Assembly (NCBI GenBank): GCA_963803435.1 | Contig: CAWDML010000001.1 | Coordinates: 704,001-768,000 of the forward strand | Origin: an uncultured delta proteobacterium | Lineage (GTDB): Bacteria; Myxococcota; Kuafuiibacteriia; Kuafuiibacteriales; Kuafuiibacteriaceae | Reading direction: 5' to 3' | DNA length: 64,000 nucleotides | Shown: one piece after another, positions 63,546-64,000 of the stretch | Position numbering within the stretch: position 1 is the first letter of the stretch | Layout of the letters: each line of letters starts with the position of its first letter | The notes under the pieces: generated by a model | Told to the model about the DNA's origin: nothing | Database searches by the model: none | Seen by the model: only the letters and a program-made list of their open reading frames with translations | Position numbers and translations under genes: made by a program

Positions 63546-64000
63546 ATGGTCCGCTTCGATCCGACGACACACGCTGCGCTCGAGACGATGATCCGTTCCA
63601 GCTTCCCGGATGCACACATCGATGACGACTCCATCAACGGCCTGGCGGCCGCGTTGTGGCTGACAAAGGACTCCAGGACGAAGGTCATCCCGCGAAGCCA
63701 GGCCGGCGAGAGCGGGAAGGCCAAGGACCTCGACCTGTCGCCCTACGCGCAAGAGCTCGAAGGGCTGTCGACCAAGCTGGGGCTCCGCGTGATCGAAGGT
63801 ACAGGTGAATGCTCCATTCATTGCCAGGCTGGAACGGAGCATCCCGGCACCCGATACTATGCCGCGACTGCGGAGCACTCCCGTAAGGATCCTCCGCTGG
63901 ATGCGTTCGTGGGACACCTGGCGATGGCGCGGGTGTCGCTCCCCGCCTCGCAGCCGGCGGTCGTCGAGACCAAGCTCGGCACCGTCGAGCCCCGCGACCA
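63546..64000 (+). CDS. Hypothetical protein, partial (runs off the right edge)
   Basis: Hand translation from ATG 63546 (MVRFDPTTHAALETMIRSSFPD...) is open to the end of the window. Confidence 0.45.
   Translation, partial: MVRFDPTTHAALETMIRSSFPDAHIDDDSINGLAAALWLTKDSRTKVIPRSQAGESGKAKDLDLSPYAQELEGLSTKLGLRVIEGTGECSIHCQAGTEHPGTRYYAATAEHSRKDPPLDAFVGHLAMARVSLPASQPAVVETKLGTVEPRD

Overview
High-GC bacterial chromosomal window. The gene content (choice-of-anchor-D lipoprotein, TonB-C-fused TonB-dependent receptor, many Asp-Gly/Pro-linker lipoproteins) suggests a Myxococcota-like organism; this is an inference. It holds about 52 CDS, and I found no tRNA, rRNA, CRISPR array or transposase. Main blocks: (i) two lipoproteins and a giant ABC1/UbiB-family kinase split by a single-base +1 frameshift (1-5.9 kb); (ii) an apparently acquired block (6-32 kb) with a debranching-type glycosidase, an OMF-HlyD-RbbA-YhhJ exporter, ppk2, a DyP peroxidase cluster and a glk-xfp-phosphatase-ackA-fba-HAD/tal operon resembling a natural non-oxidative glycolysis module; (iii) a GH3 adenylating enzyme plus heme-oxygenase-like diiron enzyme pair; (iv) a ~9 kb metal (probably copper) acquisition island (40.7-49.5 kb); (v) housekeeping genes (grxD fusion, gcvP, fxsA, manA, pgi). 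The best candidate for a new system is at the head of the metal island. A His-rich, CxxC-less leader ORF ends in a RAPP ribosome-arrest motif, and its Pro-Pro codons are complementary to the Shine-Dalgarno of the downstream TonB-dependent receptor. This suggests a His-based metal-sensing translational attenuator. All calls come from reading motifs by eye; no searches were run.
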